Counted from the first letter of the stretch, positions 26,048-35,057 are shown. The stretch: DNA of 52,965 nt from a virus (IMGVR_UViG_3300044477_000287:1-52965); one strand, 5' to 3'. Numbers and translations: made by a program. The notes: generated from the letters alone by a model not told the origin.

Positions 26048-26617
26048 TCATCCTTTGATCTCGCATTGATAGCCTCTTTCTTTCATCTCCTCAAACAAGG
26101 TGATGATTTCATTTGCCGGGATATCCTTGATGATTATCGAAAGGGGTTTGTCCTTTTCCTCTTCCGGTTCTTTAATCCCTTCATCCAATACGGGGAAGTC
26201 AATATCAAGCCCCCATTCTTTCAAAAGGTCAGTATCCCATTCATTGTAGAGCGTGTCCATGTCCCAATTCCCACCGTCACTGTTTGCAACGATGCAAGCC
26301 ATCTTAAACTCTTCTTCCGTAAACTCAACCTCCCTATAGGCAAATCGCTCCCCCTTGTAGATGATATGTCCAATGGCAACTGTTTTGGATGGGGTGGGGA
26401 TGTCGTATGTTTTCTCTATCTCAATAGTGGAACCGTTGAACACTTCGCTCCTTTGGTTTCCTCCGACATAAGCCTTATTGATTCGACAATACACCACGCC
26501 CGACAAGTCGCCAAGCTTTTCGATGTGCTCTTTCAGTAGGGCGAATTGCTTCTTGCTGATGGTTCGAGGGTTTCCTTTGAACTTATTGGCGGTGGTGATA
26601 GTTTTATTTGGAGCCAT
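26048..26617 (-). CDS. ParB/Srx-like N-terminal domain protein
   Basis: NPR.I..L...I..GGNQR..N..G.WD...L pattern typical upstream of terS. Confidence 0.75.
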   Translation of the reverse strand: MAPNKTITTANKFKGNPRTISKKQFALLKEHIEKLGDLSGVVYCRINKAYVGGNQRSEVFNGSTIEIEKTYDIPTPSKTVAIGHIIYKGERFAYREVEFTEEEFKMACIVANSDGGNWDMDTLYNEWDTDLLKEWGLDIDFPVLDEGIKEPEEEKDKPLSIIIKDIPANEIITLFEEMKERGYQCEIKG

Positions 26618-26804
26618 TCCCGAAGATTTTGTGAGGTGATAATTCGTGCTCGAAATAGGTTAATGCCACGGCCATTCCTGTTGCGACAATGTATTCATGC
26701 GTCTTTGTGAGATATGAATATTTGACATCCAACACCACGCCTTGATCTGATTCAGGTGTGACATGCCACACAGGCTGTCCAATCTCAAATTTTGGTTGAT
26801 TCAT
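26604..26804 (-). CDS. Small hypothetical protein (SH3-like)
   Basis: PKFEIGQPVWH..G.V..Y....EHEL. Confidence 0.6.
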   Translation of the reverse strand: MNQPKFEIGQPVWHVTPESDQGVVLDVKYSYLTKTHEYIVATGMAVALTYFEHELSPHKIFGNGSK

Positions 26805-26827
26805 GTGATTCCTATTTCTTGTAAAAT

Positions 26828-26856
26828 AGAAAAACCCACTTATGGGTGGGTTTTCT
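26828..26856 (-). terminator. Terminator after the PcfJ-like gene
   Basis: AAAACCCAC...GTGGGTTTT hairpin. Confidence 0.65.
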
Positions 26857-26894
26857 GTCTTTGACTTAGGTTATTTGAATCCTTCATTTTTTAA

Positions 26895-28175
26895 TTAATG
26901 CTCGTGCCACGACGAAAATCTTTGAGTAATAACCAACATGTTTTTTTGAACTATATCTATAATTCTATCGTGATAATCAGAAGCTTTATTTTGAAAGCCC
27001 CTTGCTTGGAGTATGCGTTGCTCTGAAAGCGACACCTCTATTGTTTCGATTGGTTGGTTCTTTATTCTTGCAGACAGGCAAAGCGTGTCTTTTTTTAAGA
27101 AATAGTTATTTGTAAACACACAATGCTTTAAGGTGTCACCCTCTGCCATATATTCACTTACAGATTCAAGAACCTTGATGCTTATATCTCCATCCGAAAA
27201 GTGTATTCCAAAGAAATTGCCTTTTAATTCCTTGAATTGTGTTTCGTTTCTTAGAGCTGTCTCTCTTTTTTCTATTTCATCCCTGCGACGAATAACCTCT
27301 CTTTTCTTCTTCACATACCTATCATGCTCTTTAGTGAGATTTTTAGGGCAAACATAGTGGGCGTTGTGCAGGTCTTTATTGAAGTAAAGGAGAAGATCAA
27401 TGTAGTCGATCCATAACTGCGGGTCTTTGATCGAATACTTGTTTCGAATACAGATTTTTATAGCATTCCAATACCGATGACTGCCTCGCTCCTTGAAATA
27501 ATTCAACAACGCATATTGCTTGCTTTTTAGTAGTGTTTCAAGTGTGCTGTTTGATGGAATATGAGTGATGGCTTCGAGTATTGTCAACCCCTTTAAGTTG
27601 CTATCAATGCCGTATTTAGTGAATTGAGGTAAAAAGATGGATTGAGGATGAATAGCGTGATGATATATGTCATATTTAATCCCTCTGTAATCATTATACT
27701 CCTTCCTTATTTCCATCTTCCCATTCCATGAATCGGTATTGTAATTCAATGAATGAAGTCGTCCAATTACTTCCCTTTTCCCGTTTTCATGTATCCAATG
27801 CTGTAAGACTTCCCAGCACTTATATTCTGTTGATTCCCCTGCTTTATGATGAGAGAATATATCAAAGTGCCGAATAACTTGAAACTCATAAAATATCTCT
27901 GTTTTTGCGACATAGATGTGTTGTTCGTGAGTTGTGCATCTTGATTGTTTAACCGTTAGCTTTGTTTTGCAATGAGGACAAATTGCGCTCTTTCGTTTTA
28001 CTAATTGTGGAGAGAATTTCCCCCCACAATCCATGCAAACAACTCTTGTTTTAGTCATAAACCCCAAATGATAGAGACAATCAATAGAAGCCCATTTGAG
28101 TATTTCGTTGTCGATATCAAATAGTTGGCTACTATGTGATAAGACTTGCCATTGTAGTTTTGTTCGTGGCTTCAT
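26895..28175 (-). CDS. PcfJ-like protein
   Basis: MKPRTKLQ, CxxC..CPxC, W.DY.D.L, EG..LKHCV, ETIEV motifs. Confidence 0.85.
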   Translation of the reverse strand: MKPRTKLQWQVLSHSSQLFDIDNEILKWASIDCLYHLGFMTKTRVVCMDCGGKFSPQLVKRKSAICPHCKTKLTVKQSRCTTHEQHIYVAKTEIFYEFQVIRHFDIFSHHKAGESTEYKCWEVLQHWIHENGKREVIGRLHSLNYNTDSWNGKMEIRKEYNDYRGIKYDIYHHAIHPQSIFLPQFTKYGIDSNLKGLTILEAITHIPSNSTLETLLKSKQYALLNYFKERGSHRYWNAIKICIRNKYSIKDPQLWIDYIDLLLYFNKDLHNAHYVCPKNLTKEHDRYVKKKREVIRRRDEIEKRETALRNETQFKELKGNFFGIHFSDGDISIKVLESVSEYMAEGDTLKHCVFTNNYFLKKDTLCLSARIKNQPIETIEVSLSEQRILQARGFQNKASDYHDRIIDIVQKNMLVITQRFSSWHEH

Positions 28176-28176
28176 T

Positions 28177-28593
28177 TTAAAATAAACTACCTTGTTGAAT
28201 ATTCGGAATCGTGGCTTTAGTAGGCTTTGGTGGCGTGGTTTTTTGCTTGTGTTTTTCCATCTCTTGCGCCACTACTCTTTCGTAAGCTTCTTTTTTCGCT
28301 TCTTGAATATCGTTTTCTGATAATTCAAACGTCTGATTGACTACAACCTTACAGGCTATTGGATTGCCAACAGCAATATCATCTTCATCGTAGTAGTGTG
28401 CCGCCATCCCAAAAATCTCATCATCTGTAAATCCAATGCGCCCACTTTTTTTCACTGCATTGAGAATGCAGGTGATGCAGTCGTCAATATTCTTATTCTC
28501 TTTTTTAAGGTTCAAGGCAAACAAAGGATCAGATGTTGCCATTTCTTGAAGCTTGTTGCTTATTGTCGTTTTGAATGCGTCTGTTGTCCCCAT
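28177..28593 (-). CDS. PcfK-like protein (AcrIIA9 family)
   Basis: DPLFA..K..KNIDDC...I...V..SG..GF.DDEIFGMA.HYYDE..Q.SLF; paired with PcfJ. Confidence 0.85.
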   Translation of the reverse strand: MGTTDAFKTTISNKLQEMATSDPLFALNLKKENKNIDDCITCILNAVKKSGRIGFTDDEIFGMAAHYYDEDDIAVGNPIACKVVVNQTFELSENDIQEAKKEAYERVVAQEMEKHKQKTTPPKPTKATIPNIQQGSLF

Positions 28594-28596
28594 TTT

Positions 28597-29133
28597 CTAA
28601 TATCTAAAAGGTGTAAAATGAATGATTGCCATTGTCTCTGACAGGTCGAAGCCTTTGAACCATGCGGTGAAGTCATCGAGTGACAGACCGTCGTTTTTTG
28701 CTAATTGTTCCCTCGTTAAATGCACTTTGCTCTTGCTGTCGAAAGCAACAGGGTCGGAAAAATTACCATTGAGAAAATCAAGGCATTGGATGCCTATTCC
28801 ATCATCTTTACCAAGCTGACAAATAGTGATCTGTTTTACTCCTTTCCCGTATGGTTTCCCATCCCAATAATACAATTCCAACACCGCTTCGCCTTTATTT
28901 ATCTTCTCAAATCGCTCTGTCCAAAGTGTGTAGTTGCCCCGAATAGTGTGGAGTTTCGGCCAAATATCAACACTTTCTTTATTATGATGGTCAACGACAT
29001 GGCAAGCCTCAAACTTATTTAGAGCAAGCTCTATCTTGTCATCAAACCAAGTTCTGCATCCTTTCCTCGGATGCGTTGCCGGAAACTTGACGCTTACCGG
29101 TAGTCGGTAACGTATTAACTTCTTTTCATTCAT
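28597..29133 (-). CDS. ASCH/PUA-like hypothetical protein
   Basis: KLHTIR, W.GKPY, LAKNDGLS..DF..WF, AIIHFT. Confidence 0.6.
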   Translation of the reverse strand: MNEKKLIRYRLPVSVKFPATHPRKGCRTWFDDKIELALNKFEACHVVDHHNKESVDIWPKLHTIRGNYTLWTERFEKINKGEAVLELYYWDGKPYGKGVKQITICQLGKDDGIGIQCLDFLNGNFSDPVAFDSKSKVHLTREQLAKNDGLSLDDFTAWFKGFDLSETMAIIHFTPFRY

Positions 29134-29354
29134 GGCTTCTGATTTGGATATTCGAGTTCGAGCAGCAGTTGCAAATAGTGAATTGCCTTTTTGATGTCTT
29201 CGGCTTTATTCTTATGCCGGTGGCGCATGACATACTTGATGACATTCCCTTCGATAAAGGGAACCTTGTTTTGAGTGATGAACTCAATAGGTTGGATGGC
29301 AAACTCTTTGTAGTGATTGCCTCCTTCTTGTGTTTTGAGTGCTGAATTTTCCAT
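29130..29354 (-). CDS. DUF3310 family protein
   Basis: GG.HY..IQP.EFI..F.EGNVIKY..R..K..EDIKKA.HYL. Confidence 0.85.
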   Translation of the reverse strand: MENSALKTQEGGNHYKEFAIQPIEFITQNKVPFIEGNVIKYVMRHRHKNKAEDIKKAIHYLQLLLELEYPNQKP

Positions 29355-29357
29355 ATC

Positions 29358-29789
29358 TTAATGATTTCCAGTGTGGCCATACCCATTGACACCTCTTTGC
29401 GTGTCGGATGCGATATGAGTTGTGATTTGAAATAATGCTGATTCGTGTTGTGCGATAACCATCTGTGCAATGCGATCAAATGGTTTGATTCGGATCGGTA
29501 AAAACGAACTGTTGTATAGAAGTATTTTGATCTCTCCCCTGAAATCTGAATCAATGGTTCCAAGGATGGCGAACAAACCTTTTTTGAATGATAATCCCGA
29601 TCGGGGTCTGATTTGAGCCTCGTATCCAACTGGCAAAACAATGGTCACGCCTGTGTTGAATACTTTGCGGGTGAATGGAAATATCCACTTTGGTTTCTCT
29701 CCGCAGTATCGCATGTCATACCCTGCTGCCTGATACGTTCCTCTGACTGGCAGACATTGCGGGGTTGATAGTTTGATTTCGATGTTCAT
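29358..29789 (-). CDS. dut: dUTP diphosphatase
   Basis: AAGYD, RPRSG, GTIDSDFRGE, DRIAQ, RG..GYGHTG. Confidence 0.95.
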   Translation of the reverse strand: MNIEIKLSTPQCLPVRGTYQAAGYDMRYCGEKPKWIFPFTRKVFNTGVTIVLPVGYEAQIRPRSGLSFKKGLFAILGTIDSDFRGEIKILLYNSSFLPIRIKPFDRIAQMVIAQHESALFQITTHIASDTQRGVNGYGHTGNH

Positions 29790-30172
29790 TCTTCGTCCTC
29801 CTCTTCTTCGTTGTTGCTCATCATTTGTTTACTCAAGCAAAACACAAGCGAATCCTCATGACAAGCTAATATGTCGGCTTTGTCGGATGGATCACCTTGA
29901 AAGTTGGCAGCTACATACAAGGCTGCTATTCCTCTGTCTGCAATTGTCATACTTATTTTTCGGCTACCTTTCCATGAGCCTTTTTCTGCAACGATTTTTT
30001 TTACCCTTGCGTCAGCTCGTTTATTCGCTTGCTGAATAATGCGATTTGCTTTTAGTAGGGTTGGTAAGTCTTCTGTGATGCGATCCGGCATGTCATGTAA
30101 GTCAATGCCTTGTGAGATCATAGTCCATCTGACCATTTTGCCAACGATGGCTTTTGCTTCTGAAATTTTCAT
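29786..30172 (-). CDS. Hypothetical protein
   Basis: 128 aa; overlaps the dut start. Confidence 0.65.
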   Translation of the reverse strand: MKISEAKAIVGKMVRWTMISQGIDLHDMPDRITEDLPTLLKANRIIQQANKRADARVKKIVAEKGSWKGSRKISMTIADRGIAALYVAANFQGDPSDKADILACHEDSLVFCLSKQMMSNNEEEEDEE

Positions 30173-30223
30173 ATAACGTTGTTTGGTATTAGTAATAAAA
30201 AAAGCCCTCCGATTGGAGAGCCT

Positions 30224-30460
30224 TTATTCGTTGTCTGGTATAAATTGATAGCCGTCTATCGTGAAGACGTCTCGATACTTTCTCGCACCTTGCGGTGACA
30301 GATCGTTCTCTTTCGCAAACCGACTGACTCGCTTGGCTTGCAGAAAGTCTTCGATGATTAGTTTCAATAAAGAAACCAATCCAAAGTTTGACCACTTGCC
30401 TTCCATGACTGACTGGTTAAACTTATTAATCGCTTTGGTTTCGTAGTCAGATAGTTGCAT
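30224..30460 (-). CDS. Hypothetical protein (possible HTH)
   Basis: 78 aa; VSRFAKENDLSPQGA. Confidence 0.6.
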   Translation of the reverse strand: MQLSDYETKAINKFNQSVMEGKWSNFGLVSLLKLIIEDFLQAKRVSRFAKENDLSPQGARKYRDVFTIDGYQFIPDNE

Positions 30461-30506
30461 GGTGTTTCTATTTGGAAATTAGCTTTACTCTGGTGTTATA
30501 GGGCAT

Positions 30507-30776
30507 TTAAGGACGATACCCATCATGCAAAACATGCGTCAGAAATTGCATAGATTTAATGTATTCGGTCGGATTTGGAATATCACACCAACAGATTAAT
30601 TTCATTGACTCTTCTCCAAAATGTGACCACGTTTTAGTATCGAAATTATAATGTCCTATATTGCAGAAAGTAGGTTCATCTTTGTCAAAAAGTAATACAG
30701 GTACGCTGAAATCTTCCATATTTCCGCGTTTATCTATTGCCCTTTTAGGCAACTTTTGCATTGGGTGAAAATCCAT
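30507..30776 (-). CDS. Small cassette gene (DUF551-like)
   Basis: MDFHPMQKLP..VLL..W...WCDIP; likely start 30776. Confidence 0.6.
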   Translation of the reverse strand: MDFHPMQKLPKRAIDKRGNMEDFSVPVLLFDKDEPTFCNIGHYNFDTKTWSHFGEESMKLICWCDIPNPTEYIKSMQFLTHVLHDGYRP

Positions 30777-30777
30777 C

Positions 30778-30993
30778 TTATAAAGGTGTTGGAATAAGTG
30801 AAAAATCAAACCAATACTCAGCGGATTCATTAATATGCGTGAAGTCATCTCCGTCTTTGTCAGTAAAAGAATCACCTTGCCAGTAAGCACTAAATTTTGA
30901 CTGTTTTTCAAATTCAGTACCCTTATAAATTGTACCAAAACAGTAATAATGACCTCTTCTTGTTGGTTTTTCAGAATTAATATTTTTCCACAT
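30778..30993 (-). CDS. Small cassette gene (DUF551-like)
   Basis: MWKNINSEKP...G.Y..YW..P. Confidence 0.65.
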   Translation of the reverse strand: MWKNINSEKPTRRGHYYCFGTIYKGTEFEKQSKFSAYWQGDSFTDKDGDDFTHINESAEYWFDFSLIPTPL

Positions 30994-31146
30994 ATCTTAA
31001 AAAATAAACGCCCTATAACACTGTATAGCCACAAGCGGTGGCGTGTTCTCGCTTGGTAGCTTTCTGCATCCTATAAAGTTTTCGGCGGTGGATAGGGATG
31101 CAGTTTCTAATCCCCGCCTTTGGCTATACCTGTCCGTTGTAGCCAA

Positions 31147-31407
31147 TTAAAATGACACTTCGACTGGATAACCTTTTGACTTAAAAAACAAGTAATCTTT
31201 TGTATTCATTTCGTTTGGATATAGCGATTTATACTTGAACCCATCTTCATTGATTTGAATTTCATCTTCACTGTATTTTTTGCGAATTTTTATCATATTA
31301 TAATCACGGTTATGAAACCCTGCAAATTCCCATCCATCAGTTATTAACGATTTGTTTACAACATTAAGCCATTCTATCAAATCGTCCCTTTTTATTGAAA
31401 AATTCAT
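31147..31407 (-). CDS. Small cassette gene, hypothetical
   Basis: Start MNFSIK just after the GTTATAGCCA core; stop abuts the TGGCTACAAC core. Confidence 0.6.
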   Translation of the reverse strand: MNFSIKRDDLIEWLNVVNKSLITDGWEFAGFHNRDYNMIKIRKKYSEDEIQINEDGFKYKSLYPNEMNTKDYLFFKSKGYPVEVSF

Positions 31408-31570
31408 ATCAGTAAAAATTAACTGGCTATAACCGCACCTATACAAAAGCAGGGGTTTATCGGTATGCCAAAGTTTAAGCACTTTATTTAGTTTGTTGCA
31501 AATTGACAGGTAAGTGCTTTCGTGCGCGGAGTGCCGCCGAAAATATACCGCCGTACCGTTATGGCTCATA

Positions 31571-31891
31571 CTAAAGAACCGCTTTCGACATTGCATCTTT
31601 TACTTGTGAAATTGTAGCTTCTAAAAAAACATTACCCATTTTTAAACCATTAGCATTTCGATAAGTAAGTGTTTGTTTAAGCATTTGTAAGCTACTTTCA
31701 AGAGCTGCATACATGTCAGGCGCTGCACTTATTAATTTTGCAGTCGGTCTATTTGTTTCTGAACTTCCATGTAAATTACAAACCCATACTGTTTCAAATC
31801 CTTCACCCTGATTGCTTCTTACTATATTGGTATATACATCTGTAAAATCTTGTAAATACCAGTCTCCTTTTATTGTTTTTTCTATTGCCAT
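31571..31891 (-). CDS. Hypothetical phage protein
   Basis: AKLISAAPDMYAAL motif, frequent in phage early genes. Confidence 0.7.
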   Translation of the reverse strand: MAIEKTIKGDWYLQDFTDVYTNIVRSNQGEGFETVWVCNLHGSSETNRPTAKLISAAPDMYAALESSLQMLKQTLTYRNANGLKMGNVFLEATISQVKDAMSKAVL

Positions 31892-31903
31892 TTTGCTTAA
31901 TTT

Positions 31904-32083
31904 TTAACCGTTTAACCTTATTTTAGCCTCTCTTCGATCTTCGTCTGTTGGTAATTTAATGCAGACGCGATGTGATCTTGTGTATTCATCATCTTTATCG
32001 CAAGTACCTTCGTTTTTATAGGTTGAGTCCTCAATGAAGTGCTTGCAGTTGCCACACCTCATTATAATTAGTTTATTTTTCAT
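31904..32083 (-). CDS. Small Cys-rich protein
   Basis: C.NC.HF..G.C...C. Confidence 0.5.
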   Translation of the reverse strand: MKNKLIIMRCGNCKHFIEDSTYKNEGTCDKDDEYTRSHRVCIKLPTDEDRREAKIRLNG

Positions 32084-32094
32084 GGTTATGTTAT

Positions 32095-32685
32095 TTAAAA
32101 TAACTCCAATTGTTGCGCACACCCCCCTTTGGCTCCATCACCACAAATCCGATCCCGAATAAGTCTGAGTGTTCGCAAATACATGATATGCAGCTCCTTT
32201 TTACTTCTTCGGCTATTGTATTCGCCAAGGTCGCCACCATTGAAAAACCGGTGCTCAAACACCTGCCTTGCTTCGCCGTCGATGAAACATTCGTTAATGG
32301 CTTTTTTTACGTCTTCAACCCTTGATAATTCAGCTTCATAGCCAATTACATCGCAGTCATCATCAAATAATTCAAGCCGCTCAGCATTGGTGTTTCGATC
32401 AATCTTTTGCTTTTGCTCCTTGTAGCGAAACGGCGAGGTAGGGGAGTGGGCATTTCGTTTAATCAGGTTCAATACATAAAAATCCATCTCTCGATATTCG
32501 CCCTTCTCTCGCTCCATGAGTTCTAGTAAGAACGATTCTTCTTTCTCAAGAAGCATGATGATCACTTCTTGCAGTAAGTCGCCGGCGAGTTCTGAAATAC
32601 CCGCCCTGCTTGCGTGATAGGTTGCGTAATCCATCCACGCCCCGTAACGACTGTTGATAAATTCATTGATTCGGATGTTGGCCAT
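32095..32685 (-). CDS. Sigma-70/ECF-like transcription factor, candidate late activator
   Basis: AGDLLQEV region-2-like motif; C-terminal region-4-like segment (RQVFEHRF). Confidence 0.65.
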   Translation of the reverse strand: MANIRINEFINSRYGAWMDYATYHASRAGISELAGDLLQEVIIMLLEKEESFLLELMEREKGEYREMDFYVLNLIKRNAHSPTSPFRYKEQKQKIDRNTNAERLELFDDDCDVIGYEAELSRVEDVKKAINECFIDGEARQVFEHRFFNGGDLGEYNSRRSKKELHIMYLRTLRLIRDRICGDGAKGGCAQQLELF

Positions 32686-32764
32686 GTGTAAGATTATTAA
32701 TAGGTTTGCATGTGTTATGGGAATCTATTTTCATGGCCGGTTGCATTCGTGTGACCGGCTTGTT

Positions 32765-33091
32765 TTATTTTAAGCCGTTTTCAAGCCTTTCAAATAGTTC
32801 GAATGTGTCTTTTGTTGGCTCGTGGGTTTGAATTGAAATTTCGGCTACTTCTGATTCATTTTTGGGGATTGAGGGGTCTGTGTTAAATGCGTATTTTGGC
32901 GCAAACCAAACATCATTGATTGTCCGCCCCCATTCAAGATGCTTTTCTCTCACCAACTCCCGAAGCAGTTGCCTGTTTACACCTCCAAAGTGCTTGCCAA
33001 TCTCCAAAAAGGTGATGTAATGCGGGATTTTGTTTTGTTCCTGCTTTTCTTTGTGACGCTTGGTGATAAATTCTAAAATTTCGTTTTTCAT
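32765..33091 (-). CDS. Hypothetical protein (wHTH-like)
   Basis: LRELV...L.WGRTIND.WF. Confidence 0.65.
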   Translation of the reverse strand: MKNEILEFITKRHKEKQEQNKIPHYITFLEIGKHFGGVNRQLLRELVREKHLEWGRTINDVWFAPKYAFNTDPSIPKNESEVAEISIQTHEPTKDTFELFERLENGLK

Positions 33092-33094
33092 GGT

Positions 33095-33742
33095 TCAGTA
33101 GATTTTTTTCATTCCTTGTCCGATCTTTGCGCTCAATTGCTTCATCATTTCAGGGGTTGCCGGTGGGCTATTGTCTTCGCCTTTGGGTTTATCACCATAC
33201 AGGCGGGCTTCTTCCCTTCGGTATAATTCCTTATCCTCAAGAATTATTTTACTTCTGCTCCTCACATACTCCCTGCACCAACGGGTTAGCTCCATGGGGT
33301 CAACATTGCCGTAAAACTTCCCGTATTTTCCCGCCAGAATGTTGTTGAACATATCCCCAAGCTCCGGCAATGAGAGGATTTTGCAGGCCTCGAAAATCAC
33401 CTCTGAGTAATATTCAGCCTGTGGTCCGCTGATCTTTGATTCATCTCTCAGGTTGAGCATGATGTTGGTCTGGATCAAAGCCGCTTCGATGATTGATTCT
33501 GCTGATCCGCTGCCATACACCGCATTGATTTCAATCAGATTGGGGTTGTCAGCAGCAATCATGTCGCGTTGCGTTAATCCTTTGTTCAACTTCCTCAGCA
33601 CTGGTAGGGTGTGATTTGAAACCAACTCAATCAGATTCCTGTTGTTGTCGCGCAAGGAAAGCGTTGTTTCTCTCTTCCAAACGGGAAGAGAATCCGGCAA
33701 TTGCCTCGTCTTGGCGGCTGGTAGTTGACTTGTTGTTTGCAT
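33095..33742 (-). CDS. Replication-associated protein (DUF6633-like, helicase-loader position)
   Basis: L...EL..F....AGKYGKFYG.VDP; follows the initiator; likely start MQTTSQ. Confidence 0.6.
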   Translation of the reverse strand: MQTTSQLPAAKTRQLPDSLPVWKRETTLSLRDNNRNLIELVSNHTLPVLRKLNKGLTQRDMIAADNPNLIEINAVYGSGSAESIIEAALIQTNIMLNLRDESKISGPQAEYYSEVIFEACKILSLPELGDMFNNILAGKYGKFYGNVDPMELTRWCREYVRSRSKIILEDKELYRREEARLYGDKPKGEDNSPPATPEMMKQLSAKIGQGMKKIY

Positions 33743-34610
33743 TGGTCGTTGTTTTGTTTTGAATTTGAAGCCCAAGCCATCTATTGAAGTGTTTTTTTGC
33801 ATCTGCAACGCCCTTGTGTGTGATGCCATCAGCGGCCAAGGTTGAAAAGAATTGAATCAACCAAACCTCAGTGTCTCGAATGGATACCAGGCGTTTGTTC
33901 ATCGTAACCTGCTCAAGCCAAGATTGAGATTTAAGCAACTCAGCTTTGCATTCGGTCAGCGTCTTGTCAGGTTGCCATGCATGAGGGTTAACCAAAATCA
34001 CTTCGCTTGGAGCCGGAACAATTGGCAGGGGAGATATTTCACCTCCCTGCTCTGTTATTTCAGAATAAGATTCTTCTTTAGAAAAAGATGAAATATCATT
34101 ATTCTTATAAGAGTTATTTCCTGTTCCATAAAGTTTAAACATGTGTTCAAACATGTGTTTAAGCATGTGTTCACTTTTGGTGTCTATATCATCAATTTTG
34201 AATGACTTTAATTTGGTTTTAACAAAATCAACGAAATCCTTTGTGCAGTAATCCTTGTAGTGCTTCTTGAAATATCTTATAATCCATGATATTTTACCAG
34301 AATCAGACCTTATTGCTTCGTACGTCTCACGCTTTTGAAGAATGGCAATGGCGCGGGCATTTATCAATCTCCCCTCGTTGTTTAGTTCAAACTTGTGTTT
34401 AAGCATGTGTTCAAACACGTGTTCAAACCTATTGTATTCAGAATGCTTAACTCCGGCCAACAATGCAAGGTTTTCCACCTCGAACGGCAAGCTTCCTTTA
34501 TCGTAATGATGCAATAAGAGGTTTAGATACCAGCCTCTACAATCCGCATCCATCTCCGCTGTGCTCGTAAGCCAGTCGGAGATGTATAATAAAACGGCGG
34601 GATTCTTCAT
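33627..34610 (-). CDS. Phage replication initiator (DUF1376/YdaU-like N-terminus)
   Basis: PA..LY.SDW...T..M....RG.Y..LL; internal iteron repeats; C-terminal KKHFNRW. Confidence 0.75.
   Translation of the reverse strand: MKNPAVLLYISDWLTSTAEMDADCRGWYLNLLLHHYDKGSLPFEVENLALLAGVKHSEYNRFEHVFEHMLKHKFELNNEGRLINARAIAILQKRETYEAIRSDSGKISWIIRYFKKHYKDYCTKDFVDFVKTKLKSFKIDDIDTKSEHMLKHMFEHMFKLYGTGNNSYKNNDISSFSKEESYSEITEQGGEISPLPIVPAPSEVILVNPHAWQPDKTLTECKAELLKSQSWLEQVTMNKRLVSIRDTEVWLIQFFSTLAADGITHKGVADAKKHFNRWLGLQIQNKTTTNANNKSTTSRQDEAIAGFSSRLEERNNAFLARQQQESD
34133..34173. repeat. 12-bp tandem iterons, cluster 1 (candidate origin)
   Basis: GTTTAAACATGT GTTCAAACATGT GTTTAAGCATGT GTTCA, next to an AT-rich tract. 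Confidence 0.7.
34385..34428. repeat. 12-bp tandem iterons, cluster 2
   Basis: GTTCAAACTTGT GTTTAAGCATGT GTTCAAACACGT GTTCAAAC. Confidence 0.7.
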
Positions 34611-34625
34611 GATTTTGGATGTTTT

Positions 34626-35057
34626 TTAAAATGGCAAATCGTCTCCCTCTTGCGGGGCGTCCGACCAGTGTGTGTCGGTTACTGCTGATACTTGTGCTTC
34701 TGACTGACCATTGGATGCGGATTGTGGCTTGCCTCCTGTTAGGTTGATGAAATCAGCGTAAATCTCAGTGATTCGAATCTTCCGGCCTTCCTTCTCATAG
34801 TCGCGATTTCGAAGCTTGCCTTCAACGAGTAGCGATGTGCCTTTTTTTACATAGCCTTCAACCACTTTAATCAATGAGCCTCGAACCACAATGTTGTGCC
34901 AGTCGGTTCGGTCGGGAATCTCTTTGCCGTCCTTTGTTTTGTAGCCCCGTTCGGTTGTGGCTACGGAGAAGGCGGCTATCTTGCTGCCATTATCAAAAGC
35001 GGTAATCTTCGGATCAGCCCCGCAATGTCCTTCAATAATCACTCGGTTGTAGCTCAT
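34626..35057 (-). CDS. ssb: Single-stranded DNA-binding protein
   Basis: NRVII.G..G.DP, TDWHNIV, VEGKLR.R, DDLPF tail. Confidence 0.95.
   Translation of the reverse strand: MSYNRVIIEGHCGADPKITAFDNGSKIAAFSVATTERGYKTKDGKEIPDRTDWHNIVVRGSLIKVVEGYVKKGTSLLVEGKLRNRDYEKEGRKIRITEIYADFINLTGGKPQSASNGQSEAQVSAVTDTHWSDAPQEGDDLPF

Larger units (their letters stand above)
30493..31567 (-). repeat. attC-like gene cassette array (matched GTT/AAC core sites flanking small genes, separated by long hairpins)
   Basis: 30493-30504 and 31010-31021 form a perfect 12 bp inverted repeat; 31136-31145 and 31424-31433 match 9/10; third core at 31558-31567; ~135 bp imperfect hairpin at 31010-31145. Confidence 0.6.

Noticed and set aside
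30777-31596. Long N-terminal extensions of ORFs 30507..31034 and 31147..31596
   Set aside because: They read through the attC-like hairpins or a neighbouring gene; downstream ATGs at 30776 and 31407 fit better
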